Shown here in pieces: positions 25,075 through 38,249 of a stretch of DNA of 64,000 nucleotides; the stretch's first letter is position 1, and each line of letters starts with the position of its first letter. The notes below the pieces were generated by a model, which had not been told where the DNA came from, made no database searches, and worked only from the letters and a program-made list of their open reading frames with translations. Origin of the DNA: Squalus acanthias (lineage: Eukaryota); contig CM059432.1 in the NCBI GenBank assembly GCA_030390025.1, positions 113,214,001 to 113,278,000 on the forward strand, written 5' to 3'. Position numbers and translations under genes: made by a program.

Positions 25075-26460
25075 GTAATTGGCCGGGTTGGATTTGTTCT
25101 GCTTTTTGTGGACAGGACATACCTGGGCAGTTTTCTACATTGTCAGATAGATGCCAGTGTTATAGCTGTACTGGAACAGCTTGGCTAAAGGCGCGGCTAG
25201 TTCGGGAGCACAAGTCTTCAGCACGATAGCTGGGATGTTGTTGGGGCCCATAGCCGTTGCTGTATCCAGTACGCTCAGCCATTTCTTGATCTCACATGGA
25301 GTGAATCGAATTGGCTGAAGACTGGCTTCTGTGATGGTGGGGACCTCAGGAGTAGGCCAATATGGATCATCCACTTGGCTTCTGGCTGAAGATGGTTGAG
25401 AACGCCTCAGCCTTGTCTATTGCAGTCACGTGCTGGGCTCCACCATCATTGAGGATGGGGATATTCTTGGCGCCTCCTCCTCCCGTTAGTTGTTTAATTG
25501 TCCACCACCATTGTGGCAGGACTGCAGAGCTTTGATCTGATCCGTTGATTGTGTGATCATTTAGCTCTGTCTATAGCATGCTGCTTCCGCATTTTAGCAT
25601 GCATGTGTTATAGCTTCACCAAGTTTGCACCTCATTTTTAGGTACGCGTGGTGCGGCTCCTGGCATGGTCTTCTACACTCCTCATTGAACCAGGGTTGGT
25701 TCCCTGGCTTGATGGTAATGGTAGAGTGAGGGATATGCCGTTAGAAAAGAAAGACTTGCATTTATATAGCACCTTTCACGACCATTGGATGTCCCAATGC
25801 ACTTTACAGTCAATGAAGTACTTTCACTGTTGTAACGTAGGAAACATGGCAGGCAATTCGCACACAGCAAGCTCCCACAAACAGCAATGTGAGAATGACC
25901 AGATAATCTATTTTTAGTGACGTTGATTGAGGGATAAATATTGGCCAGGACACTGGGGATAACTCCCCTGCTCTTCTTCGAAATAGTGCCATGGGATCTT
26001 TTACGTCCACCTGAGAGAGCAGACAGGGCCTCAGTTTAAAGTCTCTTCTGACAGACGGCACCTCCGACAGTGCAGTACTCCCTCAGCACTGCACTGGAGT
26101 ATCAGCCTAGATTTTTGTGCTCAAGTCCCTGGAGTGGGACTATGAACCCACAACCTTCTGACTCAGAAGCGAGTGTGCTACCAACTGAGCCACAGCTAAC
26201 ACTGGAGGTTACAGAATGTGGTGGAATACAATTCTGCTGCTGCTGATGGCCCACAGCACCTCATGGATGCCCAGTTTTGAGCTGCTAGATCTGTTCTGAA
26301 TCTATTCCATTTAGCACAGTGGTAATGCCACACAACACGATGGAGGGTGTCCTTAGTGTGAAGACAGGACTTTGTCTCCACAAGGACTGTGCAGTGGTCA
26401 CTCCTACCAATACTGTCATGGACAGATGCATCTGCGACGGGTAGATTGGTGAGGACGAGG
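25075..26460 (-). mobile_element. Second-family CR1-group LINE internal fragment, interrupted by a SINE
   Basis: GRSDH (EN), AMGPNNIPA..LKTCAPEL; matches 6790-6926. Confidence 0.8.
25745..26205 (-). mobile_element. DeuSINE (SacSINE1-like), full length
   Basis: tRNA-like head (tggctcagttgg) and Deu core on the minus strand; tail at ~25745. Confidence 0.8.
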
Positions 26461-27647
26461 TTGCACTTACAATTAACGTTAAAAGGGCTCTTAATTACCA
26501 GACTTAGCATTCTGCGGTGAGTTTAGTGGGCAATTAATGTGCAATCCAGCAAGTTCTTAAAAATAACAGGAGACTAAGGGCGAGATGCTGTTTCTGCAAA
26601 GCAAACGGTGGAGCGGCGTCAATCGACCAGGAATTTCTGGAAATTCACCACTCACAGTGTATCTCTTAATCCCCTGAATATGCTGGCCAATTTGCACATT
26701 AATAACGGCGTGCGTCGCTAACATGGTTGGTTGTCCGTCCCCCTACTCGCCTCCGCTAAAACCGGAAGTGGGTGGGTTGCAGATGGGTTTGGGTCGGGTT
26801 TGAGAATTTAAAATTTTTTACCTTCCAACCAGCCTCCAACCCACCCGTACTTGGAGATTAAAATTCCTCCCAATTGCAAAGAAGTACTGTCGGAGTGACT
26901 GTCAACTATGAAGTGCGCACCAGGTGGCGATGTTGAGTTACAGTAACAATGTGTGGCATTGCAAGAAATTAAATTATGCAGATTCCAAAATCTTTCTGTT
27001 TACACCTAATCACAGAAAATTATAGTTAGCCCAATAATGTCTATGAGCTGCCACTATGTGCACATCATCTGCTTAAATTATCTTTATATTACCAAAGCAT
27101 AATCATTGGAGCATTTAACCCTACACTGACGAGTTTTGAGTCTGGAGTGGCTTTCATTGCAGTTCTAAATTCTGTCTTTTGCTCAGGTGTCTTTGAATGT
27201 TACTCTTTTCTATTTAACACTGGGAATTATTTGTTTCATTATTAACATCGAGGTAAGTGCTGGAAAGTACATCACTTTCTCATTTCTAATTAGTGCCAAA
27301 TTAGTGCCCATTTTGTGCTATGGTCCTGTTCACATTATGAACTGGTTTAAATTATCCAAACTTATTTCACTTAATACCTTCACTGGGAAATTTTCATTAC
27401 TCAATTTTAGTCCCGCTTTGAGCTGAAAAACCAATGTCTAACCCATTGCACTAGCCAGTGCCACACATATTAGTCCCAATTTTAACCCTGTCCACCATCG
27501 GCAGCTGGATGGAACCCGCTGAGTTCCCTTGGCATTCCCGTTGTCTGTGATTTAAACTCCCGGGTTTTCGAGGAAATGTCGGGGTCCGATGACATAATTC
27601 ACATCACAACGTAATGTAATCTCTAAAATGTGCAATTTGTGCACCAC

Positions 27648-28975
27648 ACTCTCAATCATCAGCAAAGTGATGGAAGGTGTCGTTGACAGTGCTATCAAGC
27701 AGCACTTACTCACCAATAACCTGCTCACCGATGCTCAGTTTGGGTTCTGCCAGACCACTTGGCTCCAGACCTCATTACAGCCTTGGTCCAAACAGGGACA
27801 AAGGAGCTGAATTCCAGAGGTGAGGTGAGAGTGACTGCCCTTGACATCAAGGCAGCATTTGACCGAGTGTGGCATCAAGGAGCCCTAGTAAAATTGAAGT
27901 AAATGGGAATCGGGGGGAAAACTCTCCACTGGCTGGAGTCATATCTAGCACAAAGGAAAATGGTTGTGGTTGTGGTTGCAGGAGTTCCTCAGGGCAGTGT
28001 CCTAGGCCCAAACATCTTCAGCTGCTCATCCATGCACTTCCCTCCATCATAAAGTCAGAAGTGGGGATGTTTGCTGATGATTGCACAGTGTTCAGTTCCA
28101 TTCACAACTCCTCAGATAATGAAGCAGTCCATGCCCACATGCAACAAGACCTGGACAACATTCAGGCTTGGGTTGATAAGTGGCAGGTAACATCCACACC
28201 ACACAAGTTCCAGGCAATGACTATCTCCAACAAGTGAGAATCTAACCACCACCCCTTGACATTCAATGGCATTACCATCGCTGAATCCCCCACCACCAAC
28301 ATCCTGGGGGTCACTATTGACCAGAAACTTAACTGGACCAGCCACATAAATACTGTGGTTACAAGAGCAGGTCAGAGGCTGGGTATTCTGCGGCGAGTGT
28401 CTCACCTCCTGACTCTCCAAAGCCTTTCCACCATCTACAAGGCACAAGTAAGGAGTGTGATGGAATACTCTCCACTTGCCTGGATGAATGCATCTCCTAC
28501 AACACTCAAGAAGCTCGGCACCATCCAGGACAAAGCAGCCCGCTTGATTGGCACCCCATCCACCATCTTAAACATTCACTCCCTCCACCACCGGCATACC
28601 GTGGCTGCAGTGTGTACCATCTACAAGATGCACTGCAGCAACTCACCAAGGCTTCTTCGGCAGCACCTGCCAAACCCGCGACCTCTTCCATCTAGAAGGA
28701 CAAGGGCAGCAGACTCATGGGAACACCTTCACCTCCAAGTTCCCCTCCAAGTCACACACCATCCTGACTTAGCAGTATATCGCCGATCCTTCATCGTCGC
28801 TGGGTCAAAATCCTGGAACTCCCTCCCTAACAGCACTGTGGGAGTACCTTCACCACACGGACTGCAGCAGTTCAAGAAGGCGGCTCACCACCACCTTCTC
28901 AAGGGCAACTAGGGATGGGCAATAAATGCCGGCCTTGCCAGCGACGCCCACATCCCGGGAATGAATAAAAAAAAT
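27648..28975 (+). mobile_element. Second-family CR1-group LINE, 3' part
   Basis: QFGF, FADD, ORF 28256-28912; 3' end aataaaaaaaa. Confidence 0.88.
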
Positions 28976-28979
28976 ACTT

Positions 28980-30441
28980 TGGAGACTGTTCTTGTTGTTT
29001 TATTAGTGTCTTTCTTCCCCGCCTGCTCTAATTCTTCCTTCCGTTCAGGCTTCTCCTTCTAGGTCTTACTGGAGAACTTGGGGGCCGTGGGGCCCCAGCT
29101 CCTGCACCGTTTGAACTGTCTGTCTGAAAGTGCATTTTAAATCACCTCTCTCTAACTCCACTTCTCCAAGCCAAGAGTGTCATTGACATCTGGTCTGTTG
29201 TAGCTCCTCAATCTTTGGACTTCTGTCCAGTTGTGCCTCTGCACAACTGACACTCGTTGCTCTTATCTGTATTACAGTTTCCTTGAGCTCACTGATTCTG
29301 TTGTCACGCTCTTTGATTGTATCTTTTAACTTCTTACACACCTGTTTCAAAGATTTATTTGCATTTGTGACTGCCTTCACAATGGTGAAAAGTCTCCTAA
29401 ACTGCAACTTTGTTTTCTCTTAATCGTTTCTCTTCGTACCGTTACTAAAGAAGTTGATCTCCAGCATGTGTCCTAACTCACTCAACGGGTCGGCTTTCCC
29501 AATAACGTCTCCAACCTTTAGGGATCTGCTGCCATGTCAGGCGAGGAATTTATCTACGTATTCGCCTAACTTCTTCATTTTACTAAATCCTATACTATCC
29601 CGAATCTACTCACGTATGGGTTGGTTTAAGTCAGAGGATGGCCAGCCCGGGACCGAATGGTCAGGTTTTCACTGCTTAGGGTCCTTTTCCATTGTCGCCA
29701 ACTGCTGCATCGGTGTGATCCGCACTCCGTGAATAAGGGCTCGAGACCCAGGAGTCAGATCAACGTGACAGAGATGTTATTGGATAGCACACACGGGTAA
29801 TACAAGCAAGCGATACATCTATCTACTTACTCAGCAGGAGACTCATCGGGGGCTAACAGCTCACCTGTCGAGGTTGTTCACCTGACATTACATTACATAT
29901 TCATACCTTTCTTGAAACACACTTGTACAGTTTTGTTGTCTGCAACTGTCACTCACACCGACTCAGTAGATCATGTCACATGTCATTTTGGTGTGAAACT
30001 GTGCAGACGAGGCCCCATTTCTTATCTCTTACCAGTCCTTGAGGCTGCTAAATCTTGCATTCCTTACAGTGTTGTACTGAACTAATTCCTCAGTATGTTC
30101 TTACATAATGTTGTGTTTACTTGATCACTTTAACTCTGGCACTATCTCGTCATATTGTTCATCTTATGATTATCCAAACCTAATCCTACGATTATCTAAC
30201 ACTCATTCTTCCCCTATCTTGCACTTATTCAAGTCACTTATACTTAAGTAGCTGGCTCCATTTTACACCAGCGTCCTTGTTCTGTTTAACCTCAGTCTCC
30301 CTGTCAGCCGAGTTCAGCTAATTCTTCATGCTCTGCTGCACGTATGCACTTTGTGCCTTCACATCATACGTTAACTATCCAATCATGCTCTATTGCTTAT
30401 GCCAAACCATTTAGCCTGTCATGGTACACTATCCTACAACA
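28980..30441 (-). mobile_element. LTR retroelement 5' end: LTR 30441-29703, PBS-like TGGCGAC at 29700, decayed gag-like coiled coil
   Basis: Minus strand TGTTG...CAGCA followed by gt-TGGCGACAATGG; downstream heptad-rich ORF 29180-29407. Confidence 0.5.
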
Positions 30442-30475
30442 TCTATGTTTTCCTTATGCTTCTATGAAGCACTTT

Positions 30476-31608
30476 GGCCTAGAAATTCGATAAAGCCCGA
30501 GAACGGGCAGGGCCACGGTGGGCCAGGGTTAATGGCCGCCTGTAAAAAGAGCGCCGGCAGCACCGGTATTTTGGTGCTGTCTGCTGATTTAAATGAGCGC
30601 AGCGCAGAAGCACCTGTGCAGCGCGCTCTTTCTGGCGGTAAAATTAGCAGGAGGCCGAAGATTGTGTCTAAAGGATCGGTGCCATGTTCTCGGGCAGTCA
30701 CCTTATTAACAGTACATGTCCAAGTGAAAGACTGGGGCATAGATGTCCTTAAACCGTTGCATGACAAATCCTGAGATTATGCCCAAAATATAAACTGAAT
30801 GCAGAAGTTTTAGTGGACTGAGTGCAATATAAAGGAAGTAGCGCCATTATATGGAAGAGAGATGTTGCTATAGTGGCAAGGATGCAAGAGATGCCAGTGA
30901 GTACTGGCCACTTGCTAAATTTGTTACAATAGGGATATGTACTATGGGAATTCCAAACTGTTCTTCCGAACTTATTTTAGGATTATGGTTGTATAGGAAC
31001 TTTATATTATATAGGCACCTACGTATATATTTTCAACAACAAAAAACCCTCTATAATTCTGAATATTTCTTGGTTTAGCGGGTTCATCAGCATTTTCTTG
31101 ATGTAACCTGGATCTTGATCAAAAAATAAATTAAATTAAGCAACAACGGAAAAAAGCCACCTCAATCTAGATCATATTAAAGAACTTTTGCAATAAACTG
31201 AAAGACAATTGAAGCCAGTTATTTGGGTGTAACTTATTTAAAAGTAGCACGGTAAATGTGAATTGTACAGAATGTTTATCAGTAAGTTTTATAGTCCACC
31301 GCTGCTTTCCCCCGTCTCTACACGCTGTCAACGGCTGCACGCACGGGCATACTTTGGAGAGGGCGGTAAGAGGAGTGGCGACGTCCAAAATCACTGAGCA
31401 TGTTTCAATGCGGCGTTGCACGCCGATTGACGTCACGCTCCTGGTAATTAAAATACTTGCGGCGAATGCAGGCAATGGCAGTGCTGCCGACCTGCCCAAT
31501 ATGGCGGCCGCCGCGTTCCGCGCCATAAGTGGGTGGAAGCAAGGTGGCCGCCATTTTTTTTCAAAACCGGCCTTAATGGCCGGTGCTAAAGGTTCGAATT
31601 TCTCGGCC
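30476..31608. mobile_element. TIR-bounded Harbinger-like non-autonomous unit
   Basis: 15-bp TIR GGCCTAGAAATTCGA / GGCCGAGAAATTCGA, TTT on both flanks; GC-rich ends around an AT-rich core. Confidence 0.7.
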
Positions 31609-33213
31609 TTTGTTTCTGCATTAAAGGCATCCAAGTTGTTGTTGACCTCTGCACTCAAATTCCTGATATGCACTACCGGTGAGTGAAGGCTTCCAACAGG
31701 AACGCAAGTTTATAAAATCTACACTATAGAGGTGTATTATCTTATTCGCAGCAATCTATCTTTGATTGCTTGCCACTCCCTGTCTCTTGACTGGCCCGTG
31801 CTTGTACTTCCTGGAAAATATCTGTGGGACGATGTATCTACTTTCTCTAGTTATTCATGGACTGGCTTCAGGAGCACCTGAATGCGATAGACTATGGATG
31901 TTTTTCATCAGTTTTGTACAACTGAGCTATTTTTATTATTTTATCTAAAATGTGAGGAAGCTGATGGGGAAATATCTCCAATATGCACTGCCTGTAGGTG
32001 AGACTCCCTGTTACTCGCCTGTACTTGGAAAATACCTCTGATGTGTCAGAAGTGAGCAGCTCTTCTTCCAGAGGCGTTTCCAAATAAATTCAAAACCAGC
32101 CATGAAACTCCTTTGAAGTATAGCGTGGTAGTGAAGAGAAGAAAAACTCAGAGTTTCGCATAGGGAATGAGGAACTTATAAATCTAAAGTTTTAAGATAA
32201 CACGCACGTTGGATTAGAATGTCAGAACACAAGGAGGAAGAGTTTCCATGGAGACTTTCCCAATTGTCGGAGGATCAGCAGAAACCCTGGAGAAACGGCT
32301 GTTTATATTTTTCAAGAAGGTTTCCAATAATCTTCCACCTAAATTATGGCATGAGATCGGGGAACCCCTGTGGAAGTTCTACCTGAGGAACATTTACTTT
32401 CAAAGGATTGTGCAGTCTCCTCCTCTTAAATTGAAGTTGCTTAATACAATTTTTTTTAGCACTAAATTTCCATTCTGCTGTGCTATTTGCATTGCTTAAT
32501 TTGGATTCTTGGATTATACAATATTATTAGTGCTTTAAACAACTTTGAATTATGAGGAGTAGATTATCTCATCTTATGAAACACCTGCCCTTTTACCTCC
32601 TCCCTTCCCACTGTCCAGGGCCCCAAACACTCCTTCCAGGTGAAACAGCGATTTACTTGTACTTCTTACAATTTAGTATACTGTATTCGCTGCTCACGAT
32701 GCGGTCTCCTCTACATTGGGGAGACCAAACGTAGATTGAGTGACCGCTTTGCAGAACACCTCCGTTCAGTCCGTAAGCGTGACCCTGAGCTTCCGGTCAT
32801 CTGTCACTTTAATTCTCCGCTCCACTCCCACTCTGGCCTCTCTGTCCTCGGCCTCTTACACTGTTCCAACGAAGCTCAACGTAAGCTCGAGGAACAGCAC
32901 CTCATCTTTCGATTAGGCACTTTACAGCCTTCTGGACTCAACATCGAGTTCAACAATTTCAGACTATAACCTCAGCCCCATTTTTCCAGGTGGCAGTTGA
33001 TGATTCTGCTATTCCCATTTACACCTCTTCTAGATCCATCTTTTGTTTCTTTACCTCATTACCATCTCCTTTTGCTTTGTACAATCATACCTTTTGTCAT
33101 TTAATCTCTCCTGCCTTCCACTCTATCAAAGACCTTCCCTTTGTTCTTTCCTCCCCTTCCCCTTTCCCTGCCCCTACACTTGCTTAAAACCTGTCACATC
33201 TCTAACTTTTTCC

Positions 33214-33250
33214 AGTTCTGACGAAAGGTCATCGACCTGAAACGTTAACT
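33214..33250 (+). ncRNA. Minimal type I hammerhead ribozyme (family A)
   Basis: agtt-CTGACGA-A-aggtc-atc-gacct-GAAA-cgtt-aact: stems I and II intact, palindromic AACGTT stem III. Confidence 0.8.
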
Positions 33251-33375
33251 CTGGCCAGAATTTTCTTTACCTGGGCGGTCAGGTGCGGGCGGTCGGCGTT
33301 GCGTGACCCCGTTCTTGCTTCCCTCCCGCTGCTGAGATTGACTTTGTGCAAATGGGGCCTATTAAGCCCGCCCTG

Positions 33376-34357
33376 ATCTAGATAAGGGAACTAAATGTAA
33401 TATCTCCAAGTTTGCAGATGACACAAAGCTGGGTGGGCGTGTGTGCTGCGAGGAGGATACTGAGAAACTCCAGGATGATTTGGACAGGTTGGGTGAGTGG
33501 GCAGAAGCGTGGCAGATGCAATATAACGTGGATAAATGCGAGGTTATCCACTTTGGTGTCAAAAACAGAAAGGCAGACTATTATCTGAATGGCAATAGAT
33601 TGGGAGAAGGGGAAGTGCAACGAGACCTGGGTGTCCTTGTGCACCAGTCACTGAAGGTAAGCATGCAGGTGCAGCAGGCGGTGAAGAAGGCAAATGGTAT
33701 GTTGGCCTTCATAGCGAAAGGGTTTGAGTACAGGAACAGGGATGTCCTGCTGCAGTTGTACAGGGCCTTGGCGAGACCACACCTTGAGTACTATGTGCAG
33801 TTTTGGTCGCCTTATCTGAGGAAGGATGTTCTTGCCATGGAAGGAGTTCAACAAAGATTCACAAGGCTGATACCTGGGATGGCAGGAATGACATATGAGG
33901 AGAGATTGGGTCGATTGGGCTTATACTCACTGGAGTATAGAAGAATGAGAGGGGATCTCATCGAAACATATAAAATTCTGACAGGTCTGGACAAACTAGA
34001 TGCAGGAAGAATGTTCCCGATGGTCGGAGAGTCCAGAACCAGGGGTCATAATCTAAGGATAAGGGGTAAGCCATTTAGGACAGAAATGAGGAAGAATTTC
34101 TTCACCCAGAGAGTGGTGAACCTGTGGAATTCTCTACCACAGAAGGTAGTTGAGGCCAAGTCATTAAATATATTCAAGAATGAGTTAGATATATTTCTTA
34201 AAGCTAAAGGTATCAAGGGATATGGGGAGAAGGCAGGTACAGGGTACGGAGTTTGGATGATCAGCCATGATCTCATCGAATGGCGGAGCAGGCTCGAGGG
34301 GCCGAATGGCCTACTCCTGCTCCTATCTTCTATGTTTCTATGTTTCTATGTTTCTAT
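33376..34357 (+). mobile_element. CR1 3' fragment inserted in the H2 subterminal region
   Basis: ORF 33441-34520 CR1 C-terminus; tail (ttctatgt)n; absent from the homologous H1 position. Confidence 0.9.
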
Positions 34358-34495
34358 ACCCGGCCCAGTTAAATGGTGCGGGTCTGATGACATCATCGAC
34401 GATGCGTTTTCAGACGGGATATTTAAAGGGGCCATGGCCAGATTGCATTTGAAGGTTCATCTAGGAGTGTGCAGGCAGCACACTGGAGGTTTTGA

Positions 34496-36794
34496 TTGCT
34501 CCAAGCAGTTGGAGAGATAACTGCACAGAGGCAGAGGGCTGCACCCAGGTTCTCCGATGACTCTCTCCATGTCCTTGTGGAGGAAGCCAGAGCACGCAGG
34601 GAGATCCTGTTCCCTTCCGGTGGGCGGAGGAGACCGCTCCAGGAGACAAAAAGAGCCTGGCTCCAAATTGCAGAGGAGGTCAACAGCAGGGATGCGGTCA
34701 GGAGGACCTGGGTACAGTGCCGCAAACATTTCAATGATCTCATTAGATCAGGAAAGGTGAGTGCAGAGCCACACTCAACTTCATCCTGCTGCGCCTCTCA
34801 TCACATCCCCATCACTCTGCCTTCCCAACCCTACTCATGCACATCCTTACTCACACCAACATACCTTGCACGTCCACCCATCCCTCTCTCTCTATCTACA
34901 TTATCACACCCCCATCTTACCAGCCACCCCTCACACTCACCCTCATCCTAGTGCAATCATACCAACTAACAACACACAAGGAGGCCACTTGGCTTTGCCA
35001 CCCCACTCCATCATAGTCTCGCTCTAAAGATGTAGCTCATCCATTCCTTACACTCATTCCATCACTCTCGCTCAACCTTGTCTTCTTTCCCTCCTTGCAG
35101 GAAAAGAGAGCCCAAAATAACAGGGAGAGAACCGGAGGTGTGCTTTCATCATTTGCCACCTTAATATCAGCAGAGGAGGTTCCCTTGGAAATTTTTGGAG
35201 TGGCCGAGCAGCTGGAGCTGGGAGATGGAGAGAGGGGGACATCTCAGCAACCTGGTGACAGAATTACATATCATACAGCCACATGGCATACATCAGTCAC
35301 TCATATGGGGACTGATGTCATCAGCCACTGAATGGTCATCATGTGCATAATGGTATCTGTACCCATTCTTGATATGGCATATCAAACTCATCTCTTTATT
35401 CTCCCACAGGTCCATCAAGAGTCCCCCCCACTGTCCAGGAGGAAGAGGAAGATGACTCCTTGGAGGACCTCCAGCCTCTGAGGGCGCAGCGACACCAGAC
35501 ATAAGCGCACCCAGCACCAGCGCAGAGACGTACTCCTCGGTGGTCACCGGGTCTGTCACAAGTCACAAGTGAGCAACAGCAGATGGTGGAGACAGGGAGA
35601 GCAGTGGAGACTCCTCGCCGGAGGGCGCAGGACGCTCCCAGCTCTGCTCAGCTGCATGCAGACGCTGAGCCTCGGGGCCATCCAGAAAGAGGGCGATCCT
35701 GGAGGTGCAGGAAGAATTGCAGGAGGCTCTGACTGGTTTTGTGAACGTGATGTTACAAATGTTCAGAGAATGGAGGAGTCCATCTCCAACATGAGCACTA
35801 CCGTGTCGCAGGTGATGCCAATTGTAGGCTCTTCCATGGAAAGGAAGGCCATCTGCATGGAGCAGCTAATGCGCCACTCACAGGAGCACATGGTCTCTAT
35901 GGAGAATAGATGGCTATCTATGGCGCATAGATGGCAGAGGCTCATCGAGCTCCTGTCTATGAGTGATGTCAGCGTAGACGTGGGTCCTCATGGCCCCACT
36001 GATGTGCAGCAAGGTGCTCGCCAGCTCCTTGCTAGCAGGGAAGTGCGGGTGGCATAGTGGTTAGCACTGGTGCCTCACAGCGCCAGAGACCCGGGTTCGA
36101 ATCTGACCTCGGGTGACTGTCTGTGTGGAGTTTGCACATTCTCCCCGTGTCTGCGTGGGTTTCCTCCGGGTGCTCCGGTTTCCTCCCACAGTCCAAAAAT
36201 GTGCGGGTTAGGTTGATTTGGCTAGGATAAATTGACCCTTAGTGTTAGGGGGGGATTAAATATGTAGGGTTATGGGGATAGGATGGGATATGTTAGGGGG
36301 AATTAAATACGTGGGGTTACGGGGGTAGGGTGGGATATGTGTACTGTGGGGATTAAAGCAGGGACAGGGTACTGGATTTGGATGATCAGCCATGATCGTA
36401 TTGAATGGTGGAGCAGGCTCGACGGGCCGAATGGCCTACTCCTGCTCCTAGATTCTATGTTTCTATGTTTTTTATGAGAGGGATGATGGTGAGAGGGGAC
36501 ATGGAAGTGGGGGCTCCTCTCAATGCGCTTACACTTCTCCCCTGTTGCCTCCCTCCCCTTCAGTCAGAGCCCCAGATGCCTCCTTGGACAGCGATGGCCG
36601 AGTCTACCCCTGCACAGTCGCAGGAGGAGCAGACTTTGGCGGGGCCATCACAGGCTCCAAAACCCAGAGGACGTCCGCCAAGAATGTCTAAGCAGTCGCA
36701 GCAGGGAAGTGAGCAGGCTGCCTCTACCTCTGCTGATGCCATAGGGGTAGCACTTCGTAGAAGCACATGGAAGAGAAAGATGACACACAAGTAG
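34496..36794 (+). pseudogene. H2 Myb/SANT-like gene, 3 exons (~34496-34756, 35101-35254, 35410-36794), disrupted
   Basis: PRFSDDSL..AWLQIAEEVN..RTWVQCRKHFNDL (Myb_DNA-bind_5-like); canonical GT-AG sites; SINE in exon 3. Confidence 0.8.
36045..36470 (+). mobile_element. V-SINE (HE1-like), tRNA-derived, CR1-type tail
   Basis: A-box tggcatagtgg, B-box ggttcgaatc, V-domain gtgtggagtttgcacattctccccgtgtctgcgtgggtttcctcc, tail matching the CR1 3' end. Confidence 0.85.
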
Positions 36795-37012
36795 ATTCAC
36801 AAGGATAGTCACTTGGGTGTTTTATTCAATGCTAATGTCAAGTTTCTGTTAATGTAATGTCAACCATAAAAATCTTTATTTTTACCACTCGGACAAATTT
36901 GTCTGCACCTTTGGAAGTGGCTTAGTGAGTTGCATTGAATGGTGAGACAGAACAGTACCTCCAGCAATGGTGGTCAGTGTGAAAGGAATGGCTTGGTCAT
37001 TGTAGGGATACT

Positions 37013-38249
37013 TTATGGTGTTGGTGTGGGGTGGTGCCAACCTGGCACAGCATGTGGCAGCGTAAAGCTAAGTAAATTTGGCCATGATGAGGCCATCCCT
37101 GGCCTCCCGGGCAGCAATGTGCTTGGGTGCTGGTGGGATCTGGGCCGCAGGTTCCTCCAGCTCCTGCTCTTCCTCATCTTCCAGCTGATGCTCCTCCTCC
37201 TGCTCCTCTTCCTCTGAAGAGGCTGTGCGCTCAGTGCCTTGCTCCTCATGCAGCGCTATTCCTCGCTGCTGCGCTATGTTGTGCAGGGCGCAGCAGACGA
37301 CAACGATTCTGGAGACCCTGGCTGGTGCGTACTGAAGTGTATTTTGAACATGCCTATTGTCTGCTCTATGACACATCTGGTGGAAATGTGGCTTTCATTA
37401 TATCTCTCCTGGGCCTCAGTACTTGGCCTCCTCAAGGGTGTCATGAGCCACGTCTTCAGTGGATAGCCCTTGTCTCCAAGCAGCCAGCCGGAAAGTCTGT
37501 TTGGAGGAGCGAAGGGCTGAGGGAGGGTGGACTGGCGCAGGACAAAGAGTCAATGGCAGCTGCCGGGGAATTTTGCTCACATGTGCATGATGATCTTCCT
37601 ATGGTTGCAGACGAGCTGCACATTGAGGGAGTGGAAGCCCTTACGGTTGGCAAAGACTCCTGGGCGATGGGGTACCCCGATGGCCACATGTGTGCAGTCA
37701 ATGACGCCCTGCACCCGTGGGAAGCCAGCCTGAGTGGCAAAGGCCAGCGCCCGCTCAGTAACACTGGCTTCATCAGTGGCAAAGTTGATATAATTGGCTG
37801 ACTTGTCAAAGAGGGCATCGGTGCCCTGTGTGATGCATCTGTGGGCGGCCAACTGCGAGATGCCGCAAATGTCTACTGCAGATCCCTGGAAGGAGCCTGA
37901 GGTGAAGAAGTTGAGGGCGCTGGTGACTTTGACAGCCATTGGTAAGGCGTGTCCACCTGCTGCAAATGACTGCGATGACCTGGCGCGATAGCCTGAGCCT
38001 CCTTTGGCACTGCTGCTCAGTCATGTTGAGGAAGCTCATCCTCTGCCTGTAAACCCTGTGTTGGGGGTATCGCCTCCGGCGCGGTGCAGCCCTGCACTGA
38101 TGCCCTCCGTCCTGTGCAGCATCAGTTGGTTGAGGAGAAGGTTGGTAGTGTTGTTGTTGGTGCTGATGGTGTGCTTGGTGCTGCTGGTGTTGCGGCTCAT
38201 CGTGGTTCGATTCTGAGAACCAAGGTGAGAGAGTATAAATGGCACCCAT
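37013..38249 (-). pseudogene. H2 Harbinger DDE transposase (HARBI1-like), frameshifted
   Basis: [46 protein letters not shown], acidic C-terminus. Confidence 0.88.

Noticed and set aside
36045..36115. tRNA gene
   Set aside because: The A/B boxes belong to a V-SINE head followed by the V-domain and LINE tail.
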